Program-made: the position numbers and the translations under genes
Part shown: positions 1 through 15,134 of the stretch, piece by piece
Layout of the letters: every line of letters begins with the position of its first letter
Position numbering within the stretch: position 1 is the stretch's first letter
The notes under the pieces: model-generated
Databases searched by the model: none
What the model was told of the DNA's origin: nothing
The model's input: only the letters and a program-made list of their open reading frames with translations
NCBI GenBank assembly: GCA_951406725.2
Contig: OX597823.1
Coordinates: 86,056,001 to 86,120,000 of the forward strand
Length of the DNA stretch: 64,000 nt
Direction of reading: 5' to 3'
Source: Octopus vulgaris
Taxonomy: Eukaryota

Positions 1-175
1 ATTATTATTTTTATTATTATTATCATTATTAACAGAAGTGACCTAAGAAATGAGAGTTTCGTACATAGCGCTTTAAAAATACTGATGAGTACTCTCTGCG
101 CGAAACTCTTAAGCCTTAGGTCAGTTTTGTAACATTCTGCTGATTAGACATATGCATACACACTCATACGCGCGT

Positions 176-244
<69 letters not shown>

Positions 245-703
245 GAGAGAGTGGGAGCTTGATAAGTGCATGCATAGATACACGCATACACACAAGCACA
301 CGGTAAAGGACACGACATCAACACCCATATGCATTAACATGTTATACAAAACACATATATGCTTCCAGACTAACCATGCTTATATTTCTCTCGCTCTGTT
401 TCATTCTACACTTGTTTACCGGCTGCTATATGTCAGTTACGTCTGTCATATCAAACTGCATCGTGCATTCAACAACGTGTGACGCTGTTACATGTCTCTG
501 TGTGTCTGTGTGTCAGTACATCTATACATTTTGTCTATGTACAATGTAGGTTGTAAAATTTTTCACATGTAGGTACTTAACCGCAGGTCAGTTCTGACTC
601 GCTATAATCATCTGCTTCTTAACTCCAGAAAGTGTTTGTAACTTTATCGTAATTAATGTTCAGTGCCATGGTAATTGCCGTAGTTCATGCTACGGTGTGT
701 CGT

Positions 704-719
704 CTTCTGCTTCTTCCTC

Positions 720-751
<32 letters not shown>

Positions 752-985
752 CTTCTTCTTCTTCTTCTTCTTCTTCTTCTTCTTCTTCTTCTTCTTCTCC
801 TCCTCCTTCTTCTTCTTCTTCTTCTTCTTTTTCTTCTTCTTTTTCTTCTTTTATTTTTCTTTTTCGTTTTCTTTTTCTTTTTTCTTTTTCTTCTCCTCCT
901 TCCCCTTCTCCTCCTCCTCCTCCTCCTTCTCCTTCTTCTTCTTCTTCTTCTTCTTCTTCTTCTTCTTCTTCTTCTTCCTTCTTCC
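704..985. repeat. (CTT)n/(CCT)n microsatellite
   Basis: Direct reading. Confidence 0.95.
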
Positions 986-1698
986 AATCAGGACTCACGC
1001 CATTAACCACAAAGAATAATCTGTAATTCGAGCCTACTCTAAGCTTCTAAGAATGCGTGTGGCAACTTGAAGATCCACCCACCCCACACGATAGACTGGC
1101 AGTTGCACGGGCGGGAAAGGTACGTTGTTATCCTCATTCCGTAAACGGTGGCTTTGAACGGGTGGATTCGCAATCTAGACTAGTGTCTGAAAGTTTACCA
1201 CACCATAGTGGGTTACACCATGGTTCCTCTGCCTTGTGGCAGAAGTAGGAGGAAAGAGAGAGAGAGAAAGTTGTGGTGAAAGAGTACAGCGAGGTTCACC
1301 CCCCCCCCACCGAGCATTGTGGAGCTTAGCTGTTTTTGCTCAATAAACACTCACAATGTCCGGGTCTGGGAATAGAAACCGCGAGTTCTTTCGACCTGGA
1401 GTCCGCTGCCCTTGTCACTGGGCCATTGCGCCTCCACGTTTGTTGTTGTGTTACTGTTGGCAGCGAGCTGGCAGAATCGTTAACGCATCGAGTAAGATGC
1501 TTAGCTGCGTTTTGTTCTTCTTCTTTGCGTTATGAGTTCAAATATCTTTGAGATTAGATTTGCACTTCATCCTTTCGGAGTCGATGAAATAAATGCCATT
1601 TGAACAATGAGGACCGTGTTATCAGCTTTCCTCTTCACCCGAAATTTCAAGTAACAAGGAAGGTAATGAGAGGGATAATACTGTTGTGACAATAATAA

Positions 1699-2005
1699 GG
1701 TTACGGCAGCGGACTCGTGGTCGTGTGATCGCGGTTTCGATTCCCAAACCGGGCGTTGTGATTGTTTATTGAGCAAAAACACCTAAAAGCTCCACAAGGC
1801 TCCGTCAGAGGGTGATGGTGAACCCTGCTGTACTCTTTCACCAAAATTTTCTCTCACTCTGTGTCACGCTGAATATCCCCGAGAACTACATTAAAAGTAC
1901 ACGCGTCTGTGGAATGCTCAACCACTTGCACGTTAATTTCACGAGCAGACTGTTCCGTTGATTAGATCAACTGGAACACTCGTCGTCGTAACTGACGGAG
2001 TGCCA
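1699..2005 (+). mobile_element. tRNA-derived SINE family D
   Basis: GGCAGCGGACTC..CGCGGTTTCGATTCCCA..TGTTTATTGAGCAAAAACA. An inverted copy of the head and middle lies at ~1245-1437. Confidence 0.7.
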
Positions 2006-2996
2006 CGACGACGTTCTGAGTTCAAATTCCACCGAAGTCGTCTTTGCCTTTCATCCTTTCGAGATCAATTAAATAGGTACCAATTACGCACTGGGGTCGA
2101 TGTAATCGACTTGATCCCTTTGTCTCTCCTTGTTTGTCCCCTCTATGTTTAGCCCCCAGTGGTCAATAAAGAAATAAATAATAAGAGGGATATAACAGTT
2201 GGCGGCGAGCTGGCAGAAACGTTAGCACGCCAGACGAAATGCTTAGCGGTATTTCGTCTGCGTTACGTTGTGAGTTCAAATTCCGCCGAGGTCGACTTTG
2301 CCTTTCATCCTTTCGGGGTCGATAAATTAAGTACCAGTTACGAACTGGGGTCGATGTAATCGACTTAATACCTATGTCTGTCCTTGTTTGTTCCCTCTCT
2401 GTTTAGCTTCTTGTGGGCAATAAATAACTAAGAATCGGACAAGATGCCAAGCTTCATTTTTCTTCGTCTTTACCTTGAGTTGAAATAAATCCGCGGCCAA
2501 ACTTGCTTTTTCGCATTTCAGAGTCTATGAAATGTATACCAGTTGAGCACAGGGGTTGATGTAATCGACTAGCCATCCTCAACAAAACTTCAGGCCTTGT
2601 GCCTATGATACAAAACATATTATTGTTGACGGCAAGCTGACAGAATCGTTAGCGCATCGGGCAAGATGCTTAGCGATATTTCTTCTCCCTCTTTACGTTG
2701 AATAAAATACCTCCAAGGTCAAATTTGTCTTTCGTCATTTCGAGTTCGAAAACATTCAGAAACTGTCAAGCCCTGGGGCCAATATAAGTGGCAAGACCCT
2801 ACCACAAATTTCAGAGTTTGTGCCTATATTAAAAACAATTAAAGGCGCAAACTAGCAGGATCGTAACTGCGCTGGATGAAATGCTTAACAGAATTTTATT
2901 CGTTTCCTTATGTTATGCATTCAAATTCCGCGCAGGTCAACATTACTTTTATCCTCTCTGAGTCGATAACATAAGTAGCAATCAATCTTGTTGTAA

Positions 2997-3400
2997 GGCG
3001 ACGAGCTGGCAGAAGCGTTAGCACGTCGGGCGAAATGCTTAGCGGTGGTTCGTCTGCCGCTACATTCTGAGTTCAAATTCCGCCGAGGTCGACTTTGCCT
3101 TTCATCCTTTCGGGGTCGATTAAATAAGTATCAGTTACGCACTGGGGTCGATATAATCGACTTAATCCGTTTTTCTGTCCTTGTTTGTCCGCTCTGTGTT
3201 TAGCCCCTTGTGGGTAGTAAAGAAATAGGTATTTCGTCTGCCGCTACGTTCTGAGTTCAAATTCCACTGCGGTCGACTTTGCCTTTCATACTTTCGGGGT
3301 CGATAAATTAAGTACCAGTTGCAAACTGAGGTCCATCTAATCGACTGGTTCTCTCCCGCAAAGTTTCGGGCCTTGTGCCCAGAGTAGAAAAGAATATTCT
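2997..3400 (+). mobile_element. SINE family A, composite (head-core-tail-core-tail2)
   Basis: Head GGCG.CGAGCTGGCAGAA..GTTAGC (A box-like), GAGTTCAAATTCC (B box), core GTCGACTTTGCCTTTCATCCTTTCGGGGTCGAT twice. Related copies at ~1459-1640, 2010-2185, 2201-2430, 2630-2980. Confidence 0.85.
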
Positions 3401-3428
3401 AAGGCAGCGTGTTGGCAGAAACGTTAAC

Positions 3429-3429
3429 A

Positions 3430-3479
<50 letters not shown>

Positions 3480-3572
3480 GCTACTGCTGCTTCTGCTTCT
3501 GCTCTTGCTGCTACTTCCACAACTACTAGTGAAGCTGCTGATGTTACTACTACTGCTACCACCACTATTACT

Positions 3573-3638
<66 letters not shown>

Positions 3639-3696
3639 TACTGCTGCTGCTGCTACGTCTACTACAACTGCTGCTGCTACTACTACTACTACTACA

Positions 3697-3755
<59 letters not shown>
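3429..3755. repeat. (CTA)n/(CTG)n microsatellite
   Basis: Direct reading. Confidence 0.95.
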
Positions 3756-3758
<3 letters not shown>

Positions 3759-4499
3759 AGGAATTATGTGTGCATGTTCAGTTACATTAACCATGATCGT
3801 GGCAAAGACGAATTCAATGCTAACAACACCGCTGTGACGCATCACACATATAAGTATAAATATGCATCGAAAACAATCTAGTGATGACCATTGAATTCGC
3901 CTTCGATTTTACAGATAATTTGTTGACTAAGTTATTAATGTAACTTAAGTTGTATTTGCTGCTTTGTTTTGCTGTTCATACCCTTTACGCTCTTGATCCA
4001 ACCGACTAATGATCGAATATATTCCGCTACGTGGTTGCGTGTTCATTTCCGCAGCACGGCAGTAAAAGATAAATTTAGAGTAATAGTTTCTATTGTATTT
4101 TTGCTTTAAATTGTTTTTGTTTAATCATAGGTTAGCTTTGATTCTGCAGACTTTGATCAAAAGCGTTCCATGCGTGACAATGATGTATATTTTCAGGCGT
4201 CGCGAATGTAGTACCAGCGTATCACCTGTATTTTATTCATCATCGGAGATATTAGGATGTATCTGCGATGTGGGGTGGTGGGTTATACCAGAAGCTATTT
4301 CTTGAGGGCGGAAGAGTGCGGAAAGGAAAATTATGTATGTTACGGCTGTGCGTGTTCGTGTGTGTGACCGTGAGAGAGAGAGAGAGAAAGAAAGAGAAAA
4401 GAAAGAAAGAAAGAAGTTGGGAGAGTAAGACTAGTAGTAGATAAAATGACGTGTAAAATAACAAACGTTTCAAAGATACGAAATAGAAATGGATTTTTT

Positions 4500-5120
4500 T
4501 TTAGAAAACCACGAGACGAAAGCCATTCTATCAGACTTTATCAAAAGCAAATAATGAAACACCACTATGGAACAACACGCGAAATAATTCTGGTACATCG
4601 CATATTATAAAAGATTTCAGAAATTGGCACATGGACGCTACTTTTGGACATGTCAATTCATAGCGCTCTTGAAGGAAAACATTCAGATAATATAGTCAAA
4701 TGCCAAATGCAAAAGAAAAAAAAATATCATCTAATCGACGTATGAATTCCAGCGAATGGCAACGTATTTCTAAAAAGAAAAGAAGACATCATCCAAATAC
4801 AAAGAGCTGGAAATTGAGATAAATGCAATGAGTCAATTGAAAGGAAACAGTATTTCTAATAATAATATGGTGCCTTGGAAGCAGTGACAAAGAAAAAGAT
4901 TCTGACAAAAGCGTTGTGAAAACACCAAGTGTTATAGAAAATATGCAGAAAATATCACCACTAACCACAGGACACATATTACGCAGTTTACAGTTAATAC
5001 AAAAGAAAAATGCAAAAATCATACAAAAACCTAGCGCATACTCGAGGCTCATGGAGTAGCAATCGGTTGTTCTGTGAAAGCCCACAAAAGTTGAAATCTC
5101 TGAAATAGTAATAATGATAA
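4500..5120 (+). mobile_element. Degenerate RLE-type (R4/Dong-like) LINE 3' end
   Basis: Across frameshifts: LIDV*IP.N.N, SKYKELEIEI, GAL..V.K, MQKI..LTTGHILR; short AAT-type tail. Confidence 0.55.
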
Positions 5121-5400
5121 ATTGCTAAAACAAATAATCACTATTCTTTTATATATATATATATATATATATAAATTTACAGGTTATTTTCACAAGCTGC
5201 TGCAAATTAATCATCCTAGATTCTACACTCTTGATAAACGTTTTAATACGAAACGTACGTTGTGCACCGGTCCCAAATATGAAGTTATATAATAATAAGC
5301 GATAAAATATTAGTGACGCTGAGACACTTTTACCACCTGTCTAACTTTACAAACGCTACACCAATTCCACTTCTGAAGTTAGAATATAAGTTTGTGTGAA

Positions 5401-5810
5401 GGCGGCGAGCTGGCAGAATTGTTAGCACTCCGGGCGAAATGCTCAGCGGTATTTCGTCTGCCGTTACGTTCTGGGTTCAAATTCCGCCGAGGTCGACTTT
5501 GCCTTTCATCCTTTCGGGGTCGATTGAAATAAGTACCAGTAACGCACTGGGGTCGATATAATCGACTTAATCCATTTGTCTGTCCTTGTTTGTCCTCTCT
5601 GTGTTTAGCCCCTTGTGGGTAGTAAAGAAATAGGTATTTCGTCTGTCTTTACGTTCTGAGTTCAAATTCCACCGACGTCGACTTTGCCTTTCATCTTTCG
5701 GGGTCGATAAATTAATTACCAATTACGTACTGGAGTCGAGTCCATCTAATCGCCAGGCCACTTCCCCCCAAATTTCGGGACTTGTGCCTAGAGTAGAAAG
5801 CAAAGAATAT
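5401..5810 (+). mobile_element. SINE family A, composite
   Basis: Same head, core and tail modules as 2997-3400. Confidence 0.85.
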
Positions 5811-5814
5811 AAGC

Positions 5815-5855
<41 letters not shown>

Positions 5856-6251
5856 TTCCTTCGGACTGTCTGATCTTCCTTCCTTTTCCTCGTCTCTGGC
5901 GTTTTCATCTTTCCAACGAAGGGTCATCTAAAACTTTCACTGAGCGTCAATCTAATATACTCACTGTGTACGACTATCTTTCTTCTTTTATCTTTTACCT
6001 GTTTTCGTCATTAGACTGCGGCCATGCTGGGGCACCGCCTTGAAGGTGCTTTCAAGTCGATGAAATCGACCACACACTTACTTTTTTCTAAGCCGGTCCT
6101 TCTTCTATCGGCCACTTTACCCGAACCATTAGGCTACTTGGACGAAAACACACAAACACCGGTTGTAAAACGGTGCGGGGAGGGGGGGGACACACGGAAA
6201 TAAATACACACACATAGATAGATAGATAGATAGATAGATGATAGATAGATG

Positions 6252-6306
<55 letters not shown>

Positions 6307-7150
6307 TGATTGATAGACAGATAGAAAGATAAATAGATATATAGACAGATTGATAGATAAAGATCCATATGTCTGTGTATGAGTATATGTGTGTATAGAA
6401 TGTATGTATGTACGTTTTTGTAGGTCTGTGAATAGCCAAGGAGATTAATATTTTATATATAGCAAAATATAACGTGAAAATAGTCATAAAGTCTTTTATC
6501 CTAATATACTAAGCTATCCAGAAGTTGAGCTTGGAGAAAATCGTTGATGGCTGCTTAAACCTCCAAATGTACACACCTAGAATTGTATGAAAAATCCCTG
6601 CAAAATCTCATCTAATAATCGTTTTCGTCGAGTTACGAAAAAATTTTAAAAAGCATATTTTCTACTTTTGTGATCAGTTTAGGAGACTTGCAACACAATA
6701 TAATCTCTCAATAAACTGTATAACGTACACTGTACTCGTAAATCAGAAGGAAATAACATCGTGACAATTTATAGGGTGGTGGTGTGGTGGTGGTGGTTTT
6801 GCTGCTGCTGCTGCTGCTGCTGCTGTCGCTGTTGGTGTATGTGAGTAATTGAGTAAGTGTATGGTGAATGTTTAATAATGTGTGTCAGTTTAGGTGTATA
6901 TCGCCGCAAAGAATCAATAGGAAATAGCTGCTTCATGCATTAAATAAACAAAAATCATCTCTTGGCTACTCTCCAATTTATGAACAGCGATGGGTGCCAA
7001 ATCGTACGTAAACGATGACTGAAAGATATGGGATCTGTGATGAAGGATTTTATGACAAAACGGACAATGAAACGTATGTATTGCAAGAGACTGAAACAAG
7101 AACTGCGTTACGTTAATTGCAATTTAGATTAACAGTAACGAGACATACAT

Positions 7151-7222
<72 letters not shown>

Positions 7223-7361
7223 ATACAGTGTACATTTAAACACATTAAGAAGCTTCCATCATAGGAATCTTTTACACTAGAAAGAAAGCTAACGTCCAAA
7301 CCACTAATTAGGAATAAATTCTCGAAGGGAATGAAAGATAAGAAACATTTACCATCTCTTT

Positions 7362-7430
7362 CCTGCACCATGGTTTCTGATTTATTTTAGTAAACAAAAT
7401 AATTTACCAGGCGAAGTCTTCATCAGCAGG
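7362..7430 (-). ncRNA. Hammerhead ribozyme motif, probably inactive (GUG triplet)
   Basis: CCUG-CUGAUGA-(irregular stem II)-GAA-ACCAUGGU-G-CAGG. Lies in an ~410-bp insert (7217-7626) between two (TA)n tracts. Confidence 0.6.
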
Positions 7431-7622
7431 GACGCCAAAGATTAAATAAATAAACAATGAGGCCAATCCAGCATGTGTCTCTTGCTTATACATTAAATTT
7501 TTTTTTAATCTACCGCGCAAGTGCAGTCTTTTTTCTCGGCAGCAAAATGATGGTGGCAAATTCTTTGAACGAAGAATTTGCCGGCATCAAATCCACCGCA
7601 CAAGCGCGGTGGATATGAAAAG

Positions 7623-7705
<83 letters not shown>

Positions 7706-8489
7706 TTATATCCATGCCATATATTAAATGAATATGACGTGTATGTGTATATTGGGTGATATATATATATATATATATATGTAGTTAATCCAAACATGAA
7801 AACACAAAAGAAAACAACAACAACGCTAGTTTCCGTCTACCAAATCCACCCACAAGGCTTTGGTCGGCCCGAGGCTATAGTAGATGACACTTGCCCAAGG
7901 TGCCACGCAGTGGGACTGAACCCGGAACCACGTGGTTCGTAAACAAGCTACTTACCACACAGCCGCATGCATCCATACATACGCTGAGACACATAGGTGC
8001 TAGTGTGTGTGTGTGCATCTTTGTGCTTGTCCCCTTCGACCAGATGACAACTGGTGTTGGTTTGTTTATCATCGTAATTTTCTAGTTTGAGAAAAGAAAG
8101 AAAAAAAGAACAAATGGACTAGATACCAGTTGGACGAAATCACAACGAAATAGCCCAACAGTTATACGACACCGAGTTAAGACTGATACAGACAGCTACG
8201 CTGAGTCATTTCTTTTCCTGTTTTCTTTTTTCTTTTTTTCTTTTCAGAGAAATACCAGTGATTAGACACAGCTTAATATTGTTTGTCGACCGGAAAGTTG
8301 ATTATGTATAGCGCTTTGAAACACCTGTGCTGCTCATTCATATCAGACATAGACACAAACAAAGAATATCTCAAGTCTTAATAAACAAATATAGAAAATA
8401 CAAAAGATGTAAGCAGTAACCTGCTTAAGAGTATGAAAGAAAGCAAAAAAAAAAAAAACATTGATCAGGCGTTTCACTAAATCATTATA

Positions 8490-8722
8490 CTCTTACTCTC
8501 TCTCTCTCTCTCTCTCTCTTTTACTTGTTTCAGTCATTTGACTGTGGCCATGCTGGGGCACCGCCTTTAGTCGAGCGATTCGACCGCAGGACTTATTCTT
8601 TGTAAGCCTTGTACTTATTCTACCGGTCTCTTTTGCCGAACCGCTAAGTTACGGGGACGTAAACACACCAGCATCGGTTGTCAAGCGATGTTTGGGGGAC
8701 AAACACAGACACACAAACATAT

Positions 8723-8757
<35 letters not shown>

Positions 8758-8930
8758 CATACATATATACGACGGGCTTCTTTCAGTTTCCGTCTACCAA
8801 ATCCACTCACAAGGCTTTGGTCGGCCCGAGGTTATAGACTCTTGTCCAAGGTGCCACGCAGTGGGACTGAACCTGGAACCATGTGGTTCGTAAGCAGGCT
8901 ACTTTCCACACACCCACTCCTACGCCTATA
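8490..8930 (-). mobile_element. SINE family B
   Basis: Reverse-complement match. Partial copies also at ~5985-6200 and 7828-7965. Confidence 0.85.
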
Positions 8931-9385
8931 TTTATTTAATGATTATGCATATTCATAGAAAATATGAATGTGGTACCCAGTCATAACTACCCATTCTAAT
9001 AGAGAGAGAGATTCAGTGAACGCGCGCGCGCGCACACACACCCACACCCACAATATGGATATTTAGCAGAACAAAAGAGTGACCCAAGAGTTCACAGTTT
9101 CGTGTGTTTCCAGTTATCAAATTTTGTAAGTTCTAACGCATGAGACTCTCGGCCATTCAGTCACTCTGTTGCTTCTGTAAGTAATATATCTTCTTCTTCT
9201 CGAAATACCTAAGATCCACGCGGCTCCGGTAGAAGGTTATGGCGAACTTCTGCTGACTCACTCTTTCCTCCTGCATCTACCAGCTCACCTGCGACGGACC
9301 GGCGTCCCGTCTAGGTGGGGAACCTATACGCCAAAGAAACCCAGAAACCGGCTTTATGCTCCACAAGGGGCAAAAGGGATTAAGA

Positions 9386-9473
<88 letters not shown>

Positions 9474-9695
9474 ATATATATATATGAGTACAGAGAAAGA
9501 GAGAACCTCTATATAGAAAACACTAGTGCTCATAAGATTTGAAGTTACTCTCTGAAATGTTTATGGAAGACCAAGTCAGTAGAGTAAACTGTGGATATAA
9601 AGAGAATCCAAGTGAGCCTATATGGCGACAATGCTGCAAATAAACAGATAAATCTCCTTGGAGTTGACATACAGAATATATATACATGTATATTC

Positions 9696-10085
9696 TTTAC
9701 TCTCTCTTTTACTTGTTTCAGTCATTTGACAGCGGCCATGCTGGAGCAACGCCTTTAGTCGAGCAAATCATCCCCGGGACTTATTCTTTGTGAGCATAGT
9801 AGTTATTCTATCGGTCTCTTTTGTCGAACCGCTAAGTGACGGGGGTCATAAACACACCAGCATCGGTTGTCAAGCAATGCAATGGGGACAAACATACATG
9901 CGACACGTATACATATATATGGCAGGCTTCTTTCAGTTTCTGTCTACCAAATCCACTCACAAGGCTTTGGTCAGCCCGAGGCTATAGTAGACGACACTTG
10001 CCCAAGGTGCCACGCAGTGGGACTGAAACCGGAACCATGTGGTTTGTAAGCAAGCTACTTATCACACAGCCACTCCTGCGCCTTT
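9696..10085 (-). mobile_element. SINE family B
   Basis: Reverse-complement match. 3' halves on + at ~10750-10900 and 13265-13485. Confidence 0.85.
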
Positions 10086-10221
10086 ATACATATAAATAAA
10101 TAAAAGCAATGACTGACAGATTTTCAGATTAACATTCAAGTATATATATATATATTTATATATACATACATACATATACATATACATACATATATATATA
10201 TATACATACATATATATATAT

Positions 10222-10306
<85 letters not shown>

Positions 10307-11539
10307 CATACATACATATATCTTTATGTGTGTGTGTGCGTATGTATGTATGTATGTATGAATTGTATCTATGTATGTAAGTATGTATGTATGTATATAT
10401 GTATGTATGTAAGTATGTATGTATGCGTGTATGTATATGTATAAATAGACAAAACTAGAGGTTGAAACAAGTAAAAGAACAAAAGAATAAAAGTATACAT
10501 CCTGTAAATAACAAGAATGTCTATAAGATTTATTGACCAAAGAAAACAGTCCATGTTTAAGTGGGTTTATATACTTACATAAACAGTATACATACTTACA
10601 TATATACATACATATATACATACATACTTACATATATACATACATATATACATATATACATACTCTTATATTCGCGGTGTCTTTTTGTATGAGTGTGTAT
10701 GTGTGCTTGTGTGTATGTGTGTGTGTGTGTGTGCGTGCTTGTATGTGTCTGTGTGTACCCCCACTACCGCTTGACAACCAGTGTTTGTTTGTTTATGTCC
10801 CCGCAACTTAGCAGTTTGGCAAAAGATCCCGTCAGAATAAGTTCTAGGGTTGATTTGTTCGACTAAAACACTTCAAGGGGGTGCCCCAGCAAGGCCGCAC
10901 TCAGAGGATAAACGTTAAGATGTACACAGACGACAAAACACATCTGGCTTGAATAACCTCGATCGTAGGCCCGTTCAGTTGTGTGTCTGACCTAACAGTA
11001 AACAACACCATATTGCTGACCCCTAGCCGACCCCTAGATGACCCTAAGAAGCCTAAAAAGCAAATGCTATTGTAATGAATACAAATCATACCCCGTTAAA
11101 GGCACACGCGGTCAGGGCATTGTAGAAATCTCTACCCAATTTTATGACACTCGAGTGCTTTTAAGTGAACAATACTTAATATCCTAATGTTTGCGGCGTC
11201 ACGCTTAATTGAGTGTATTTAGATTTTATTTGAATTAATACTAAAATAGGATTTATATACAAAACAATGTGAAGCGGGCAAATATTAAGAGATAAGTGCT
11301 AGTATTAGCATATTTAATGTTTGCAGCATTTGAAAAAGATGTCTATAAAATAAATATGTTCTCGGGAGAGGAAGTAAATTTTTGTTTGTCATACACTCCT
11401 AGTTTCATTTAAAGTAAATCATTTAAATTTTAAGATGAAGATATTGCAAACGCTGTTCTCCTGCTGTTTGTATTGTTGTTGCTATTTTGTTTTGTTGTTA
11501 TTGTCACCGCTGTTGTTGCTTTTGAGCCCTAGGTTCTAC

Positions 11540-12243
<704 letters not shown>

Positions 12244-12352
12244 GCCTTTTTATTCTAGGCACAAGGCCTGAAGTTTGAAGGACGGGGATACTCGATTACA
12301 TCGACCCAGTACTCAACTGGTACTTAATATATCGATTCCGAAAAGATGAAAG

Positions 12353-12435
12353 CTGAAGAGATGGTGGTGTGGATTTCCACCTCGGCATCCGAAACTCAGT
12401 TTTATCTTGTTTACTGAATAATTGTCACATTTCAT
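12353..12435 (+). mobile_element. Fragment of the 24-kb hammerhead family
   Basis: CTGAAGAGATGGTGGTGTGGATTTCCAC..CATCCGAAACTCAGTTTTATC..GAATAATTGTCACAT. The 5' strand of stem I is replaced by adjacent SINE sequence. Confidence 0.55.
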
Positions 12436-13112
12436 ATATATGTATATATATTGAATAATCATGACGCGCACTCTTACTCTTTGAACTTTCCTCCCTGCCT
12501 GTCTGTCTTCCTCTCTACTTGTCTCTCTCCTTCTTATTTTTCACCCTTTCTGGTTTCCTTACCCCCCTCTCTCTTTCTCTCTCTCTCTCTCCTCCTCCTC
12601 CTCCTCCTCCTGACCAGAGGGCTACTAAAACTTTCTTTCAGCTTCGTGCTTCAACAAGTATAGATCGACTTCCCTGTCCTTCGCAAGCCGATTTTTCACA
12701 TGCGTTCTAACTAATTTTTCCACCGTCTAGGCAAAAAAAGCCCTTATTGTTGGTTCCCTGTCCTGTTTCTTTTTTGTACTTTTTTTTCTTCCTTTGTATT
12801 GCTTTTACGTCTTGTTCTTGTCACTTGTTTTACCCCTCTGCAAAATAATTTTACTTAATTCCTTTTGCAGGAAGGAATGCTTCAGCCTGGCCGTGTTCTG
12901 CCCTTACCTTCCAAACACGCATTGAGTCGAACCAGGGGCAGCTGATGAAGGGGAATTTTCCTTGTATTGTTTGTCCTGTACTCTGCTTTTTCGTTGTTTT
13001 AAAAAAAGTCCGTTTCCTTTTTTCTTTTCGTTGTTAAAAAAAGTCCGTTTCCTTGTTTTATTTTATGTTTTCGTTTCTCGTTGTGCTCTACGTTTATTTG
13101 TGGTGTCCTGTA

Positions 13113-13154
<42 letters not shown>

Positions 13155-13205
13155 TGTATATATACATGTAGATGTAAGTATGTAAATATATGTATGTATA
13201 TATGC

Positions 13206-13245
<40 letters not shown>

Positions 13246-14146
13246 ATATCCATATATAGGCGTGTGTCTTTGAGTCTGCTTTTGTCACCATCACCGCTTG
13301 ACAACCGGTTTTGGTGTGTATATGTTCCCCGTAACTTAGCGGTTCGACAAAGCGACTGATAAAATTAGTAATAGGCTCCAAAAACATAAGGCTTAGGGTT
13401 GATTTGTTCGACTAAAAGCCCTCCAATGCGGTGCTGTAGCATGGCCGCAATCAAATGAGTGAAAGAAGTAAAAGATAAAAGATAACATGTGTGTGTGTGT
13501 GTGTGTGTGTGCTGGCGTGTGTGCCGTGTGTGTATGTGTGTACGCTCGTACATGTGTCTGTATGTATATACTCATCTATTTGTGTATGTGGGTAAGCGTG
13601 TGAACACTAGGTGTTTGTGGCCAATGAATTCTTAGTCCCGCTTGTGTACCCGGATATTTTCGTTTTTCTTGATTTTTTTTTCTCAAGGCTCCCTTTTACT
13701 TAAAAGAAAAGGAAGTCCTGGTCATTAACCCCAATATAACATCGAAACAATGGCTGAAAACAAACATAATTGTGAGCTCGTGAACTTTCTATTCTTATGG
13801 CTCCGACGCAACTTTTCAATTCGTGTAGAAAATACCCAAATGAATTCGTATTTCCCTGCAGTGAACAAGGCACACCCAAAGAGTTGATGAAAATTTCAAT
13901 TCATATTTTCTTAGATGTAAATGGCATGTGAAAAGTTAGTTTGCCAAGCTTATAACAGAATTGATAATATTAAAGACCTCATAGTCTGCGTGGTTGTATT
14001 ATATCACCAGGTGACGGATTAAAACTAGGCATTAATTTAACTGATTTTTGCAGTTTTCTTCCTTCCTTCCCTCCATCTTTCCTTCTTTCATTCCTTCCAC
14101 CCATACATCCATTCATACATACAGCTGTGTATATTTATATTATATA

Positions 14147-14326
14147 GGGAGAATTTACAAAAAACAAAAGATGAAGACGGGGTGGGGAAACAACAAACAG
14201 ATGTAGTTTAACGCGCGGGAAGAAGTGAGAAAGTGTTTTACGTTTCGAGCCTACGCTCTTCGATAGAAAGGTACACAAAAATATGCAGGGATAGAAAATA
14301 GAAAAGGTTTAGTGGCTAGAGATCTA
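14147..14326 (-). mobile_element. Repeat with variant hammerhead-like core (14236-14270)
   Basis: Homologous to 28104-28295 and 36555-36630; shared GAGC GUAG GCUC-GAAAC motif. Confidence 0.45.
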
Positions 14327-14348
14327 TGTGTATCAGTATGTGTGTGTG

Positions 14349-14405
<57 letters not shown>

Positions 14406-14588
14406 AAAGGGCTTAGTAAAATAAATTACTTCGCCGCATACTGAACTCATTAGAAATAGCAGCTAAAAAACTTTTTTAAAGCTATTTCTAATACTTAAAG
14501 AAAATCTCTCTCATATATAGCGTTTGCCTAATTCAACTCACAAAAGTTTGGGGGTAAGGACATTAAAAAATCAAATGCTAAGGTTATT

Positions 14589-14640
14589 TGAGTACGTACG
14601 TTTCAAGATTAGTTAAAACAACACTTCTTTCTTCAGCTCA
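14589..14640 (-). ncRNA. Minimal type I hammerhead ribozyme, copy 1 of the 546-bp tandem unit
   Basis: Minus strand reads UGAG-CUGAAGA-AAGA(loop)UCUU-GAA-ACGUACGU-A-CUCA. Stem I UGAG/CUCA, intact CUGANGA and GAAA core, stem II AAGA/UCUU, palindromic stem III. Predicted GUA cleavage between 14593 and 14592. Confidence 0.8.
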
Positions 14641-15134
14641 GAAATTCCTTGGTTTGGATTTGGAAACACTGAAAGTAAGAACATACCCTTTCGAAGATTC
14701 GCTCGTTACTAACAGTGCCAACAAACCCAAAATAAGCAAGTGAAGAATTTCTGTTCTCCCCTTTCCACCAGCGTGGGTTAAAATCATCAAACGCTATGCT
14801 TATTTCGGTAAAATCCGAAGCATTAATTAGAAGGAGATTAATTATAATTTCAACAATTGAGGGTAAAATTAATTAATTATTAATCAATTTCACCAAGTGT
14901 TCAGTATGCAAAGGGACCATTTAAGGCGAATTCAAATTATTACATTATATAAAAGGGCTTAGTAAAATAAATTACTTCGCCGCATACTGAACTCATTAGA
15001 AATAGCAGCTAAAAAACTTTTTTAAAGCTATTTCTAATACTTAAAGAAAATCTCTCTCATATATAGCGTTTGCCTAATTCAACTCACAAAAGTTTGGGGG
15101 TAAGGACATTAAAAAATCAAATGCTAAGGTTATT

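Noticed and set aside
12945-12985. CTGATGAAGGGGAATTTTCCTT as a hammerhead
   Set aside because: A stem II-like hairpin is present, but no GAAA, stem III or stem I follows.
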